Positions 25,201 to 38,378 are shown, counted from the stretch's first letter. The stretch is 64,000 nucleotides of DNA from Octopus sinensis (GCF_006345805.1 NC_043008.1:77686001-77750000); one strand, 5' to 3'. Notes: generated by a model from the sequence alone, not told the origin. A program made the numbers and translations.

Positions 25201-26745
25201 TCTTAAATATAGCACTGAATGAGAATTTAATCTTAATTTACGGTATCCAGACACTATTCATGTAAAAACAAAAACTGTTTGAGGAATGTAATAGGATATT
25301 TTGAGGATAAAATTCAGAAGTTGGCTTTAAAGTAGAACTGAGTTACTTTTCGCCTGTCTATCACTTTGTAATATAATTGTTTACACTTTTCTATCACCTA
25401 TTGACAAAAATGTTTACACTTATATATCACTTGATGATAACAGGCCCTAGCACATTATCATGTGGTTTGATCTGTAAGTTTCATACAAGAGAATTCTTGA
25501 CACCAAATAGATTAACACAAGAGCCGTAATTTTCATTAGAAAGCAAACCCCTCCGCTTTGAAATTTTTACCATTTACATTATAACATCTACAATGATAAG
25601 AGTTTTTCATCACACCTATCTCTTAAGGATTTCACTTGTTATGGCAGCATATACCTGCTGTTTATTTTATTGACTTACTTAGATAAAAGAGTCGAGTTAA
25701 CTCTGACACTCTGGAGATCAACATTGTAAAGTCTCAAGTACATCGTTCTCTAATCTTTTTTTTTATAAAACACGAAACGCGTTTGGTGTGAAGTAGATTG
25801 TTCCTGAATATATATTGTGTGTAGCCGTAAAAAGATGATTTAATACTATGATTTTTGAGTTGTAAATTACTTCTTTTTTTGTTAATCAATTATATAAGCT
25901 ATAATTTTCAAGAATTATTTTAACCAAATGTTTACAAACCACAATGCCAGTATTATATTCATGAACACACGCAATAAATCCATAATGTAATACGAATCGC
26001 TAGACACAGGCAGTTTAATATCGCAGTCATCGGTTCATATACTTACAATTGGGATGGCACAGCAATCCTTATTAAATATATTTAATTTGTATCCACTCGA
26101 TCAGCCTTTATTTCACATTCGAAACAGAAGAAGCATAGTTCATGGTTATATTCAGTGCAGATACTGTAAAGCAATCAAGTACTACGTTAAATAGCTCCCA
26201 CTCTATTCATATCTTAGTAGTGCTTTAAATAAGTGTGCTTTTCTATAACAGAGAAAGCAAGAGAGAAGGGGAGAGACAGACCGAGATTCTTAAGATGCTG
26301 ATAGTTGTGTAACATGTCCCAGCATCTCTTTCTTGCTAAGTATTTCATTTATCAGAGTAAGACGATGGAACACTTGTCAAGAGCTATTCCACAATATGTG
26401 ATGAACTCTAACCGCCAATACTCCCAATAATATCTTGGTTGAACCATAAAGAAATGAAAATTCAGAGCAGCTGTGATTAATTAGTTAAGCTTTCTTGTTC
26501 AATGACCTTTGCAGTTCATCAGTTCATCCAAGTATGTATGTGATAATATATTTATCACAAATGTTGAGTATTTTCACTGACACACTTCTCATCAAGCATT
26601 TTTGATATACCTCAATCTCGGTATATAAAACAGATTATGAAAGTTCCACTAGTGAATATTTTGGGGAGGTAATAGAGTATTTAGCAATATATTATGCAAG
26701 TATTTAACACACAAACACACATACATATATATATACTTGTATAAG

Positions 26746-27136
<391 letters not shown>

Positions 27137-27284
27137 GTTAATGGTAGTCTCTTGAGTCTGTGAAAGACTGTACTGCAATGTCTTAATGGACAACCTGCAC
27201 AGATCTGTTTATAGTGCTCAAATGTTTCTGCCAAACACAAGCTCATATTCCTCCATGAAATCCACATTCCCTGTACAGGTGCAC

Positions 27285-27415
27285 GATGTGCCACATATCA
27301 AATGACCTTGTGACCACAGAGCAATGTGATATTAAATTCCTTCATACAAGAGCACAACGTACCGCCTGGTCTAGGAATAGAACCTACGATCTCGTGTGTG
27401 CAACACTCTACTTAC
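27285..27415 (-). mobile_element. Degenerate tRNA-SINE head fragment
   Basis: Similar to the 48700-48800 SINE head (AGCACAAC..GGAATAGAACC..ACGATCTCGTG). Confidence 0.5.
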
Positions 27416-27769
27416 CACTCATACACACACATACATACACACACACGTGTATTAAAATTAATCAAAGGACTACCTTCTGGAAATAACAGTCAAAACTCTT
27501 ATCTAATGCATTTTGGGGCCTGCGATCGCCTATAAATTATTAATTCTATTGTCATTTTTAAATTGTTATACTATATAATAACAGAGTCAATGATATCTTT
27601 GCAATTATTTTCTCCTGAGAATTATTTTTTCTCGTGCATTATTTGCGCCTTATTGATATATATATATTCGATTAGAGGTTATGTTAGCCTCATGAAGGGA
27701 TGGTGTCATCTAAGATAGGTACTGGTTCAGTACCTATTATTTTGGGGGAATCAATTTCCTTAAAATAAT

Positions 27770-27774
<5 letters not shown>

Positions 27775-27821
<47 letters not shown>

Positions 27822-28013
27822 TATATATATAATATATATATATATAATATATATATATATATTATATATATATATATAATATATATATATATATAATATA
27901 TATATATATATATAATATATATATATATATATTATATATATATATATTATATATATATATATATTATATATATATATATTATATATATATATATATATAA
28001 TATATATATATAT

Positions 28014-28049
<36 letters not shown>

Positions 28050-28060
28050 CTAGATAGATA
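27775..28060. repeat. Long interrupted (TA)n then (GATA)n microsatellite
   Basis: Direct reading. Confidence 0.95.
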
Positions 28061-28406
28061 TAGATATAGATATGTGTGTGTGTGTGTGTGTATGAGTATA
28101 ACACCATATAGTTTATATTCATATAAAAGAAGTAAAAGAAAATGGAGATTTGGAAGTTGATAATAGTTTTTTACTAACAACAAATCAATTAATGCTCTGT
28201 GAATTAATTAAATATAGTTCATATAGTTCTATTATTTAAGTGATGAGGAATTACGTACATTATTTACATTTGACGGATATTTGTCCTCATCTTGTTTGAT
28301 ATTAACAGAAAATTTCGGCTGATATATACCCTCCATCCTTCATCAGGTGTCTTGGGGAAATTTCGAACCTGGGTTCTCATTCCTAAGGTACTTTTCGATG
28401 TTGTTG

Positions 28407-28476
<70 letters not shown>

Positions 28477-28483
28477 CATTATT

Positions 28484-28559
28484 CAGGTCACTGCCTGGAA
28501 TCGAACTCGGAATCTTGGGGTTAGTAGTCCGCGCTCTTAACTACTACGCCATATGCCCG
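28484..28559 (-). other. tRNA-derived SINE head (Pol III A/B boxes), not a true tRNA
   Basis: TGGCGTAGTAGTTAAG (A box), GAGTTCGATTCC (B box), loop CTACTAA; no proper acceptor stem. Confidence 0.7.
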
Positions 28560-28564
28560 TGGGC

Positions 28565-28629
<65 letters not shown>

Positions 28630-28676
28630 CCGAAAAATACTTTAGGAATGAGAACCCAAGTTCGAAATTTCCCCAA

Positions 28677-28722
28677 GACACCTGATGAAGGCTGGATGGC
28701 ATATCAGCCGAAACGTTGTGTT
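28677..28722 (+). ncRNA. Minimal type I hammerhead ribozyme motif (family H1, intact)
   Basis: GACAC-CTGATGA-A-GGCTG(gatggcatat)CAGCC-GAAA-C-GTT-GTGTT; palindromic helix III AACGTT; predicted cut after U28717. Confidence 0.7.
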
Positions 28723-29332
28723 AACAACAAACAAGATGAGGATAAATATCCGTCAACTGTAAATAATGTAAATAATGTATTAAATTCATATGCCCAGAGC
28801 ATAATATCTTTAGGCACAAAAAATATATCTTTGGATGTTTTAAATATGCTTATGGAATTCATTAAAGCGCACTGAATGATACTGAATGTATGTATGTGTG
28901 TATGTGTATGCTTGCGTACTTGCATATATACAAATTTTCTTAACTTTATTTATACCTTATAAAAGTATATTACATTCTTACCTTCTTTATGTTTAAATTA
29001 CCTCTATCATCTATATTTGATTGATTCATTACTCTAATTCCATTTACCTACTCTATCTTATCTTCAACGAACCTGCAAACCCCTCACCCTAACATATAAA
29101 AATGCAAATCATAAAAAGTATCATTCAGTCTGCTATAATTAATCCATAAACATATATAAAACATCCAAATGTATATTTTTTCCGCCTGAAGATATTATAA
29201 ACAGGGCATATGAATTTAATAGTTAATTAATTCCCTGAGCATTAACTGAAACTGCTGAAAGGGATGATGATTGATTTGTTGTTAATAACAAACAGTAATT
29301 AGCTTCCCAATCTTCATTTTCTTTTTCTTCGC

Positions 29333-29409
<77 letters not shown>

Positions 29410-30289
29410 CATACATACATACATACATACATACATACATACATACATACATACACACACACACATACACGAGTGAATAGACAAGCAAAAGAAGGAGATC
29501 AGAACAGTTTGATTCAGACTCTTTGGTACTCTGAGTTTCAAGCGAGTGGCCAGTCTTCGGCTATTGGGGTCTGAATGAGAGATCGATTGAAAAAATCCAA
29601 TGTTTACTAGTGGACGTTAGCCTGCGGTTAGTCAGGAAAGGTTATAGTTTGAAAACACCGATGGTGAAAAGGAAACCGACCGCGCGGTGGACAAGAAATC
29701 GGTCGTGTAGTTGGAAGGAAGTAGGAAGAGATAGTAGATGTGGGGGTATATATGTGTACATGTTGTACCCATATATCTGCGTTTAAGCATCTGTACTTAT
29801 ACATGTATGTATGTGTGCTTAGATGTATTCACACGTCTGCGCGAGTGCACGCACACACACTCACACGCACACGAAGACACAAACGCACTCATATCCACAC
29901 GTACACGGGCACACACACACGCGCGTGTGCACACCTTTATCTTCATGTACATATGCACACGAGCGCACACACACGCACACATGCACAGAAGCGTGCACGT
30001 ATGTATACATTCACACGAACCAATGCACACGTATATCGACGTGATCATGTACGCCCGTGCACACTCATCCGTGCACACACATTCGTGCGCATACATACGG
30101 TAAGCAGATGCACATTTGCACCCACGCATACGCGCGCTTATATACTCGTATGGGCATGCTCAAGGGTAAGTGTACAAGGAGTGAGAGTACGCGGGTAAAC
30201 AGACATAGAGAAGTGTTTGGAATTAGTAATTTGCGTTGCTGTTCATGGTGATTAATTCGTGACGGCGACTTTGGTGCAGGCTGTGCTAG

Positions 30290-31330
30290 AAATGGCTGGT
30301 ATTAAGGTGATATATCAGGGTTGTAGACGGCCAGTGACTTGAAATTTACCAGAAGGGTGTACCTCTGGTGACAGCAATACGATACCTCATGTTTCTTGTT
30401 GATGTATACAACGGATTGGTAGATGATGTGCAGTTTTTTGAGGAGGCACAGCTGGCAATTAGGGGAGCTGGATGAATATGGTGGCACCCAGTCGATAATA
30501 ATCCACTTAATGCTAGGTGTTTCGTCTCGGAGGTCACGAAGTTTTCAGAGAAGACTTCTCTTTGGAGTTCTAAATGAATACAAGTGCTGGGAATATATCT
30601 TCTCTTGAAGTCATTCCATCGGATGGTGTGAGGATGGCTCTGTATACTACAGCCTTTGAGAAGTAGGATCATCCTAGAGGACAGATGGTAGGGTTTCGGA
30701 AGTTTCAAGTTGGGGTTGGTGGTTGTGTGTATGGGCTTTTACGTCTGTTGATGCGTGCGACGTTATATGAGATGTTGTCTAAGCAGGCATAGCTTACCTT
30801 GACATTAGGAGAGTTGAAGAGTTTGTGATACTTATGGCCTATGGGGAAATGTTTATTTATGATAGGAAGCGACTGGCTACCGTGGTAGAAACTTCTAGGT
30901 TAAATGGGGGTGGTTATTGGTTATACCGGATTATTTTCCTTTTCCTAATTAACTAGGGGTGAGGAAAGACGGTTTAGGGTTCGTTCACATAAGAGAGCTT
31001 CTCAGAAAATTCACTCCTAGCCAAAGCATCGTTGGAGAGGGTGGGCTTAATTAAAGATTCCATGTTGGGTGAGAGTTTAGACACCCGTTTGCCAATGCTT
31101 GAAACCAGGTTTCCAATTACTGTGGTAGGGGTTGATCTCTTGTGGATATATACATTTTCTTTATTAGGCTTCCTGTAAGGGTAGTATTTGCCCATTTTCA
31201 GGTCTAAGTTTACGTCCAAGAAATCGACCGTAGTCAGGTTGGTAGTAACTGTTATGGACAGGCGGAACTCTTTGAATATCTTTATCAAGTCTTTCTTGAA
31301 CCTGTCTAAGGCGTAGCTATTCATATGGTT
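30290..31330 (-). mobile_element. Penelope-like element remnant (second lineage): RT C-terminus + GIY-YIG end
   Basis: VDFLDVNLDL..YYPYRKPN..YIHKRS; PYSSSSPNCQLCLLKK..INKKHEVSYCCH. Confidence 0.85.
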
Positions 31331-31421
31331 TGAGATGTGTGTGTGTGTGTGTGTGTGTGTAGGTATATATAAATATATATGTATCAACGCGAGGACGTGG
31401 TACACGAAAAGTATTAACATT

Positions 31422-31471
<50 letters not shown>

Positions 31472-32388
31472 GGAGAGAGAGAGGATCTTAATATCATAAT
31501 ATTGACGTGTTAGCATCATCATTAAAAGAGAACACTTCGTTAAAATACTTGAATCCATAAACGAAATTTCTTTGAAAATAAACTTGAAGGAATTAGATTC
31601 ATTAAGTGACATATAAACACACACACACGCACACAAAAACACAAACACACACACAAACACGCACACACATATATACATGCACCCACATAATCTCTCCCAA
31701 CACACACACATATACGGATGCATACATTACTCACTGACAATACGGGGAGATACAGATGGAATATATAACAGAAGTAAATCTATACACAGTTTCTGATGAA
31801 ATTAAGTTACTTCTTTTTTGATACGTATTCATATAATTTCGATGGTAAAATATATTCAAGATTAGAAATTATGATAAAGATTATATCAAGTAAGGCTTCA
31901 CTGTTCTCGTTTCTTTTTTTTTTCTTTTTCTAAACTAAGTTCAACTCTTACTAGGGCGTTCTGTTACAGTGTTGTCATTTATGATATCTTTAAGATTGTA
32001 TTTCACAGCTGTTCTGATACTGACATTGAGTGACTGCTACAGAAACAACGCCCCATTGATAGGTATCTCAATGAACGACTAAATATTAATTCATCTAAGT
32101 ATAAAGTAATAACAGGAGAAATTTTCTAACGGTTGTCATCTATATGAACATAACCAATTTCTAAAATTAACATTTTTCCTCATATCCAGCAGTGTAATTT
32201 CGCTAAATTTATACATTTTTGTAGCTCATTGCATTAACTGCATTTGCAATATGGTTGTGTGCACCTGTGTATGTATGTGGGCTTTAAGTATGTATGAATA
32301 CATGTATGTATGCGTATATATATGAATACATGTATGTATGCGTATATATATGTGTGTGTGTAAGATCCAAAGCTCGATGTATACACTT

Positions 32389-32705
32389 TACTCTTTTACT
32401 TCTTTCAGTCATTTGAGTGTGTCCATGCTGGAGCACCGTCTTTAATCAAGCAAATCGACCCCACGGCTTATTCTTTGTAAACTTAGTATTTATTCTATCG
32501 GTCTCTTTTTCCGAATCGCTATGTTACGGGGACGTAAACACACCAGCATCGGTTGTCAAACGATGTTGGTTGGACAAACACAGACGCACAAACATATACA
32601 CGCACACACACACATATATATATATACATATATACGACGGGTTTCTTTCAGTTCCCGTCTACCAAATCCACTCACAAGGCTTTGGTCGGCCCGAGGCTAT
32701 AGTAG
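32389..32705 (-). mobile_element. SINE family B, 5'-truncated
   Basis: Homologous to 14899-15185. Confidence 0.85.
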
Positions 32706-32948
32706 GAGTTAAGGAATGTATTCTCCAATCTAACCGTGTTCTCTATATATTCTGATCGAATCGTCCTTGCTTTGACATGTACCTCTTTACGACAATATAA
32801 ACTTCATTTAATCAAGATACCCTTGGCCTGAGAAGTAAGTAACCTGCGGTATAAATCTCGCTTGGTGTATACGACTTCCGAGGTTCAACTCGCTATAAAA
32901 CATATGTGGCCCGGATAGTATCTACTCTGTTCCTTACCTCTTGTACAC

Positions 32949-33049
<101 letters not shown>

Positions 33050-33109
33050 CAAGTAAAAAATGCAAAACAAGATGGAGAAAATAGTACTCAAACACTAAAG
33101 GTAATATGC

Positions 33110-33280
33110 TTTTTTTAAAGCTGCAAAACATCACAAAAACTTACTCGGAGTTTCACGTCTCCGTTCATAGGACAGTTGTAATCAGGACACTTGATCATAA
33201 CTGTCCGACAAAGGGGTACGTGAAACTCTGAGTAACAGTTTTTGTGAAATTTTGCAGCTTGAATAAAAAAGCGTATAGGT
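33110..33280. repeat. Palindromic double-HHR element (family H2), degenerate copy
   Basis: Homologous to 35452-35612; arms carry CCTATGA-ACG(GAGA)CGT-GAAA-CTCCGAG-TA (-) and CCGACAA..GAAA-CTCTGAG-TA (+). Confidence 0.7.
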
Positions 33281-33299
33281 ACAGCCGTGGTTGTGTGGC

Positions 33300-33510
33300 T
33301 TTTACATTAGATTATCTGCTAATTAGCTAGCATTAAGTATCTATATGAAGTTTGGCCGTATGTAATGTCTGTTTTCTCGAACAGCCGCTTCTACTGAGTA
33401 CTGCTGTTGGTTTATTTCTTATACATAAAGGACTATAGCTTCAACTGCGTACTGCTTTTTGATTCACCGTAAGGTTTGTTGTTATTATTACTGTTTAACT
33501 ATTGTTATCA
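33300..33510 (+). repeat. ~210 bp direct repeat, copy 1 (copy 2 at 34362-34575)
   Basis: TTTACATTAGATTATCTGC...AACTATTGTTATCAC present twice with few differences. Confidence 0.9.
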
Positions 33511-33862
33511 CTCACCTGTAGACGTCGCCACGCTGGTTTGCAGCGGACGAAAGTTGTTACTGAAAGAGGCTCTACTGTAAGGTAAGACTTTTTGCATTTT
33601 GGATCTAGTGAGGTTCGTTGTTTGTGATATTTATTTTTTGTACAAGCAAGGAGTCCTCACTGGATTTTGGGCTGTGGTCTGCCTACAGTGGTGCAATTTT
33701 ATTTCTCACTTAATTGTGAGAATTGCAATTTGGAGGCGCATCTAGATATACATATGTATTTTGTAGTGCACTTGCCCACTGTATACAACAATTCCTTTTA
33801 TATGAGTATATTTATATACCTATATACATACACATATATCCACACACACATGCAGACATGTA

Positions 33863-34320
33863 TCTATATATATAAATACTGAGAATGTGTGTCTGTCTGT
33901 CTGTTTCCCTAAAACTTGAGAGCTACACTACCAATTTCATTCAAATTTTACACGTGCCTTACTTAGGGTCCATGTAGTTTCATGGGCAAAAACAATGTTC
34001 AACTTCTTGCCTAGGGCAAGCCCACAGCAATATCATATCTTCTCCAATATTTCAGTATTACGTGTTAAAAGTGAAACAAAAACATTTCTCTATTTTATGT
34101 CAGATACATTCACTTTAACAATAAAAATTAGAGATAATATTAACAATTGAATTATATGTAGTAAGTAATAATTAAAATCAAACTATAGTATAATATAATC
34201 CTAACATAACAAAAGTAAAAATAGCAATTGGTATAAAATTGTATCAATGACCTGAACTTGAATAAGTGGTTTCACATGAATGGGAATAAATTAAAAATAA
34301 AATTAATGCGCAGAAATGGA
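33863..34320 (+). mobile_element. Non-autonomous Helitron-like element, 5' portion
   Basis: A|TCTATATATATAAA..GTGTCTGTCTG start of the same style as 5062; homologous to 36805-37050. Confidence 0.6.
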
Positions 34321-34579
34321 ATAGTCCAGATGGAGGTGTGCACATACCGTTTACCACATCTTTTACATTAGATTATCTGCTAATTAGCTAGCATTAAGTT
34401 TCTATATGAAGCTTGGCTGTATGTAATGTATGTTTTCTCGAACAGCCGCTTCTACTGAGTACTGCTGTTGGTTTATTTCTTATACATAAAGGACTATAGC
34501 TTCAACTGCGTACTGCTTTTTGATTCACCGTAAGGTTTGTTGTTATTATTATTACTGTTTAACTATTGTTATCACGTTT

Positions 34580-35270
34580 GTTGGTTCCTCGTAAGGGAAA
34601 CTTTGTTGTGTTGCATTTGTTAAATAATTGTAAACAGTAGCCGTCCCCCTTTGGGGGAAGGAGCTTTGGTTATTGTTTAAAAATTGAATTGTGTCCCTGT
34701 TTGGAGAAATTGACAATATTTTCACCGTTTATACGGAAGCATTTTTGTTAAAATGCCTTCGATAGAAGAAAGTCCAAAAATGAATTTCGCTGCCGCCGTC
34801 GGCGAGCGTGAACTCATTAAAATTAAAATGGAAGAAATACAAACCTATTTCGGATTAATCACCGACAAAGACGGTGAATCTAGGATAACACCACCAAACG
34901 AAATAAAAAATTAAATTAAAGAAAAGACTATTGTCTATAAAGTATACAATGCAGAGAAAAAAAAGATTTGAACACCTGGAGGAAAGCACCATCGAAAAGT
35001 GTCTTAGGCGGTAAATTCGCCACAATAGAAGCAAGGTTCGAGTCAACGGAGCGTGGAAGGGAGTACTCGACTCGAACCTTCCAAAGTGGAAATATTTTAC
35101 TTTTACCTTTATATCTGGGACGTAGGACGTCCCGGATAAAAATTTAAAATGTCCTCCCAGAAGTACAGGTAGGCTGGATTTTAGCCACACTTCTATACGA
35201 GAGGGAGGACAAGATACAATTGATTGAAATTGCAAGAGACGGGCCTGCAATTCCAATATGTTATATATTT
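34580..35270 (+). pseudogene. 5' UTR and disrupted ORF1 of a Tx1/L1-like LINE
   Basis: ATG 34753: MPSIEESPKMNFAAAVGERE..; later LLPLYLGRRTSRIKI*NVLPEVQVGWILA, an ORF1 RRM-like pattern (from memory). Confidence 0.55.
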
Positions 35271-35365
35271 TGAGTATTGTTATCACTAGCGATATCAAGA
35301 TATAACTTTGTATTTTGTATTTTATGTGTAAATGTACATGTAATATGTATGCATATATACATGCA

Positions 35366-35400
35366 CTAGCACTATGACCCGGCAACGCCGGGTCATAATG

Positions 35401-35404
<4 letters not shown>
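35366..35404 (+). other. Helitron-type 3' terminal hairpin, extended to a 17 bp stem
   Basis: TAGCACTATGACCCGGC-AAC-GCCGGGTCATAATGCTA. Confidence 0.65.
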
Positions 35405-35451
<47 letters not shown>

Positions 35452-35452
<1 letters not shown>

Positions 35453-35612
35453 TTTATTTAAAAGCAGCAGAAAATTCAACAAAACCTGTTACTCTGAGTT
35501 TCATGTTCCCGTTCGTCGGACAGTTTTCTAGCAAAAAAAACTGTCCGACGAACGGGAACGTGAAACTCAGAGTAACAGGTTTTGTTGAATTTTCTGCTGC
35601 TTTTAAATAAAG
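35452..35612. ncRNA. Palindromic element with two inverted type I HHR-like motifs (family H2)
   Basis: Plus: CTGT-CCGACGA-ACG(GGAA)CGT-GAAA-CTC(A)GAG-TA-ACAG at 35541-35578; mirror copy on minus at 35486-35523. Confidence 0.65.
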
Positions 35613-35899
35613 CATATTACTCTACCACTGGTATTTGAGTACTCTTTTTTCCACCTTGTTTCACATTTATGTGTTTACTCCGTTATGTATATATATACAT
35701 ATACTCATTACGTACATACGTACACAATTAAAAAGGTAAAATGAAAATATGAAAATATATATATAAAATATAAAAACATTAAAAATTAATGGACGTGAAA
35801 ACATATGAGAAAGTTTTTACAGGCACATAGTAGGAATGTGGATTCTAGCCGTGATATTGGGGGCCCAAAACCGTAACAGGAATTTTGTAACATAGGGAT

Positions 35900-36310
35900 A
35901 TGAACCATGAGCTATCTTTTCATATTACAAAGACCACAGTTGCCACCACTGTTGGTATAAATAAGGTTTACACTTGACTAAGCTCTTCCAGTAAATCCTT
36001 TAGTTGACACCGTGTTCTTTTAAGAACCAAATATCACTGAATAATTTGGGAGTTTTTCGTTTATTCCAGCGTCTGAAGCTTAAGGTGTGATTGTTCAATC
36101 TTGACTTGAAATTTCCCTCTGTGAGACCCACATATCTCTTGGATGAAACTGTGTTATTAGCGTTCGTGGAATTTACGGTGGCTTCATAAATAATGGCCTC
36201 AATCATACAGTCTCCATTTAATGCGCACAAGTCTTTATCTCTGCAGGAACAGCCGGCTTCGTGTTGTTGTGTCATATGTATATTACGGAGATGTACTTGC
36301 ATAGCAAGTG
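35900..36310 (-). mobile_element. PLE GIY-YIG endonuclease remnant
   Basis: CSCRDKDLCALNGDC..IIYEATV..RYVGLTEGNFKSRLNNHTLSF..IWFLK. Confidence 0.85.
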
Positions 36311-36338
36311 TGCTGCCACGCTACAATTGTATATATAT

Positions 36339-36371
<33 letters not shown>

Positions 36372-36724
36372 TAAGAACAATCTTACTTAGAAATGGATGC
36401 TTGCGTTCCGTCATAATTAATAAATAAAAACATATGCATATATACATACATATATGTACGTACCTACCTCTACATGTATATATGCATGCATATATGGGTA
36501 CAGGACACCAAAAAACGTCGAACACAATGAGAAACAAAAACATAAACACAAAACCAAGGAGATGGACATTTTTCTTAAACAAGGAAATAATAGAGTACAG
36601 GACATACAAAACAAGGATAATTCCCCTTCTTCAGTCGCCTTTGTTTCATGTACTCCACGTTTCGAAGGTCAAGGCGATACATGACTTTAATAAAACAATC
36701 CTTCCCGCGAAAATCAAATTGAAT

Positions 36725-36786
<62 letters not shown>

Positions 36787-36804
36787 GTGTGTGTGCGTTT
36801 ATAA

Positions 36805-37249
36805 ATATATATATAAAACTAAGAATGTCTGTCTGTCTGTCTGTGTGAATCCCAAAAAATTGAGAACTACACAACCAATTTCATTCAAATTTTACACACG
36901 CCTTACTTAGGGTCCATGTAGTGTCATGGGCAAAAAAGTTTTAACTTCTTGCCTAGGACGAGCCCACAGCAATATCATATCTTCTCCACTATTTCAGTAT
37001 TACGTGTTAAAAGTGAAACAAAAACATCTTTCTATTGTAATGTCAGATGCTTTCAGTTAAATACTGAAACTATAAAAGTGAAACTATTATATTACAGGGA
37101 TAAACCATTAACAGTGTACACCCATTTTGCTAGAAGAAGATCCGCTATGGTCTTATATGCTACACCACTGGATTTCAATTCATATTAATCAGATTAGTAT
37201 TCTATTTTTCACCGTTATTATTTTCAATTTGAATTTACATGTATATATA

Positions 37250-37310
<61 letters not shown>

Positions 37311-37750
37311 CAACAATTGAGGGTAAAATTAATTAATTATTAATCAATTTCACCAAGTATTCAGTATGTAAAGGGACCATTTAAGGCGAATTCAAAATAT
37401 TACATTTTATAAAGGGCTTAGTAAAAGGGGAGGGCAGAAATTCTTCGCTTGCATATTTTGAATTTGTTGGCACTGTTAGTTTGAACGGATCTTCGGAGGT
37501 GAAAATCGCCAAAAGGGTATGCTCCTACTTTCAGTGTTTACAAATCCGAATTAAGAAATTTTGAGCTGACGAAAGAAATGTCGAATTGTATTTGGCTGAT
37601 CTAGAAACGTACGTTCTCAAATAATCTTTGCACTTGTGATTTTTTAATGTTTTTACCCCCATACCTTCGTGGGTTATTTTGAGTAAACACTATCTGAGAG
37701 AAATTTTCTTTAAGTATTAGAAATGGCTAAAAAATTTTTTTTGGCTGCTA
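36805..37750 (+). mobile_element. Non-autonomous Helitron-like repeat (same family as 33863); 3' end not identified
   Basis: ~250 bp homology to 33863-34110. Confidence 0.55.
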
Positions 37751-37806
37751 TTTCTAATGAGTTCAGTATGTGGCAAAGTAATTTATTTTACTAAGCCCTT
37801 TATAAA

Positions 37807-37883
<77 letters not shown>

Positions 37884-37898
37884 TATATATATATATAC

Positions 37899-37946
<48 letters not shown>

Positions 37947-38232
37947 GTATACATATGGATATGTATATATAGATGTATATATATGTATGTATATATGTAA
38001 GTCTATGTGTGTGTGTTTGTGTTTCTCCTTCATCACTGCTTCACAATTGGTGTTCGTTTATTTACATCCCCATAACTTACTGGTTTCACAAGAAGAAACT
38101 GATAGAATAAGTACCAGGCTTATCAAAATAAAAAAAACACTAGGCAGCGTCTCATATTTTGCTTGCCCACTCAGCTGTATCTATCAATCTAGCTTTGTGT
38201 GTACGTATGTGTGTATGTGTATACACATACAT

Positions 38233-38279
<47 letters not shown>

Positions 38280-38306
38280 TGTGTGTGTTTGTGTGTGTGT
38301 ATACAC

Positions 38307-38378
<72 letters not shown>

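Larger units (their letters stand above)
28236..28790. mobile_element. Head-to-head dimer of family H1 with tRNA-like head
   Basis: Minus arm: tRNA-like head 28484-28559, (AAT)n, HHR tail to 28236; plus arm 28561-28790; symmetry centre ATATGCCC-GT-GGGCATAT. Confidence 0.75.

Noticed and set aside
27137-27285. Possible coding exon (open frames on both strands)
   Set aside because: No recognisable protein similarity or convincing splice pair
28484-28559. tRNA-Ser(ACT) gene
   Set aside because: No acceptor stem, short variable arm, embedded in a repeat; treated as a SINE head
34855-35385. 176 aa minus-strand ORF
   Set aside because: Antisense to the LINE ORF1 remnant plus low-complexity sequence
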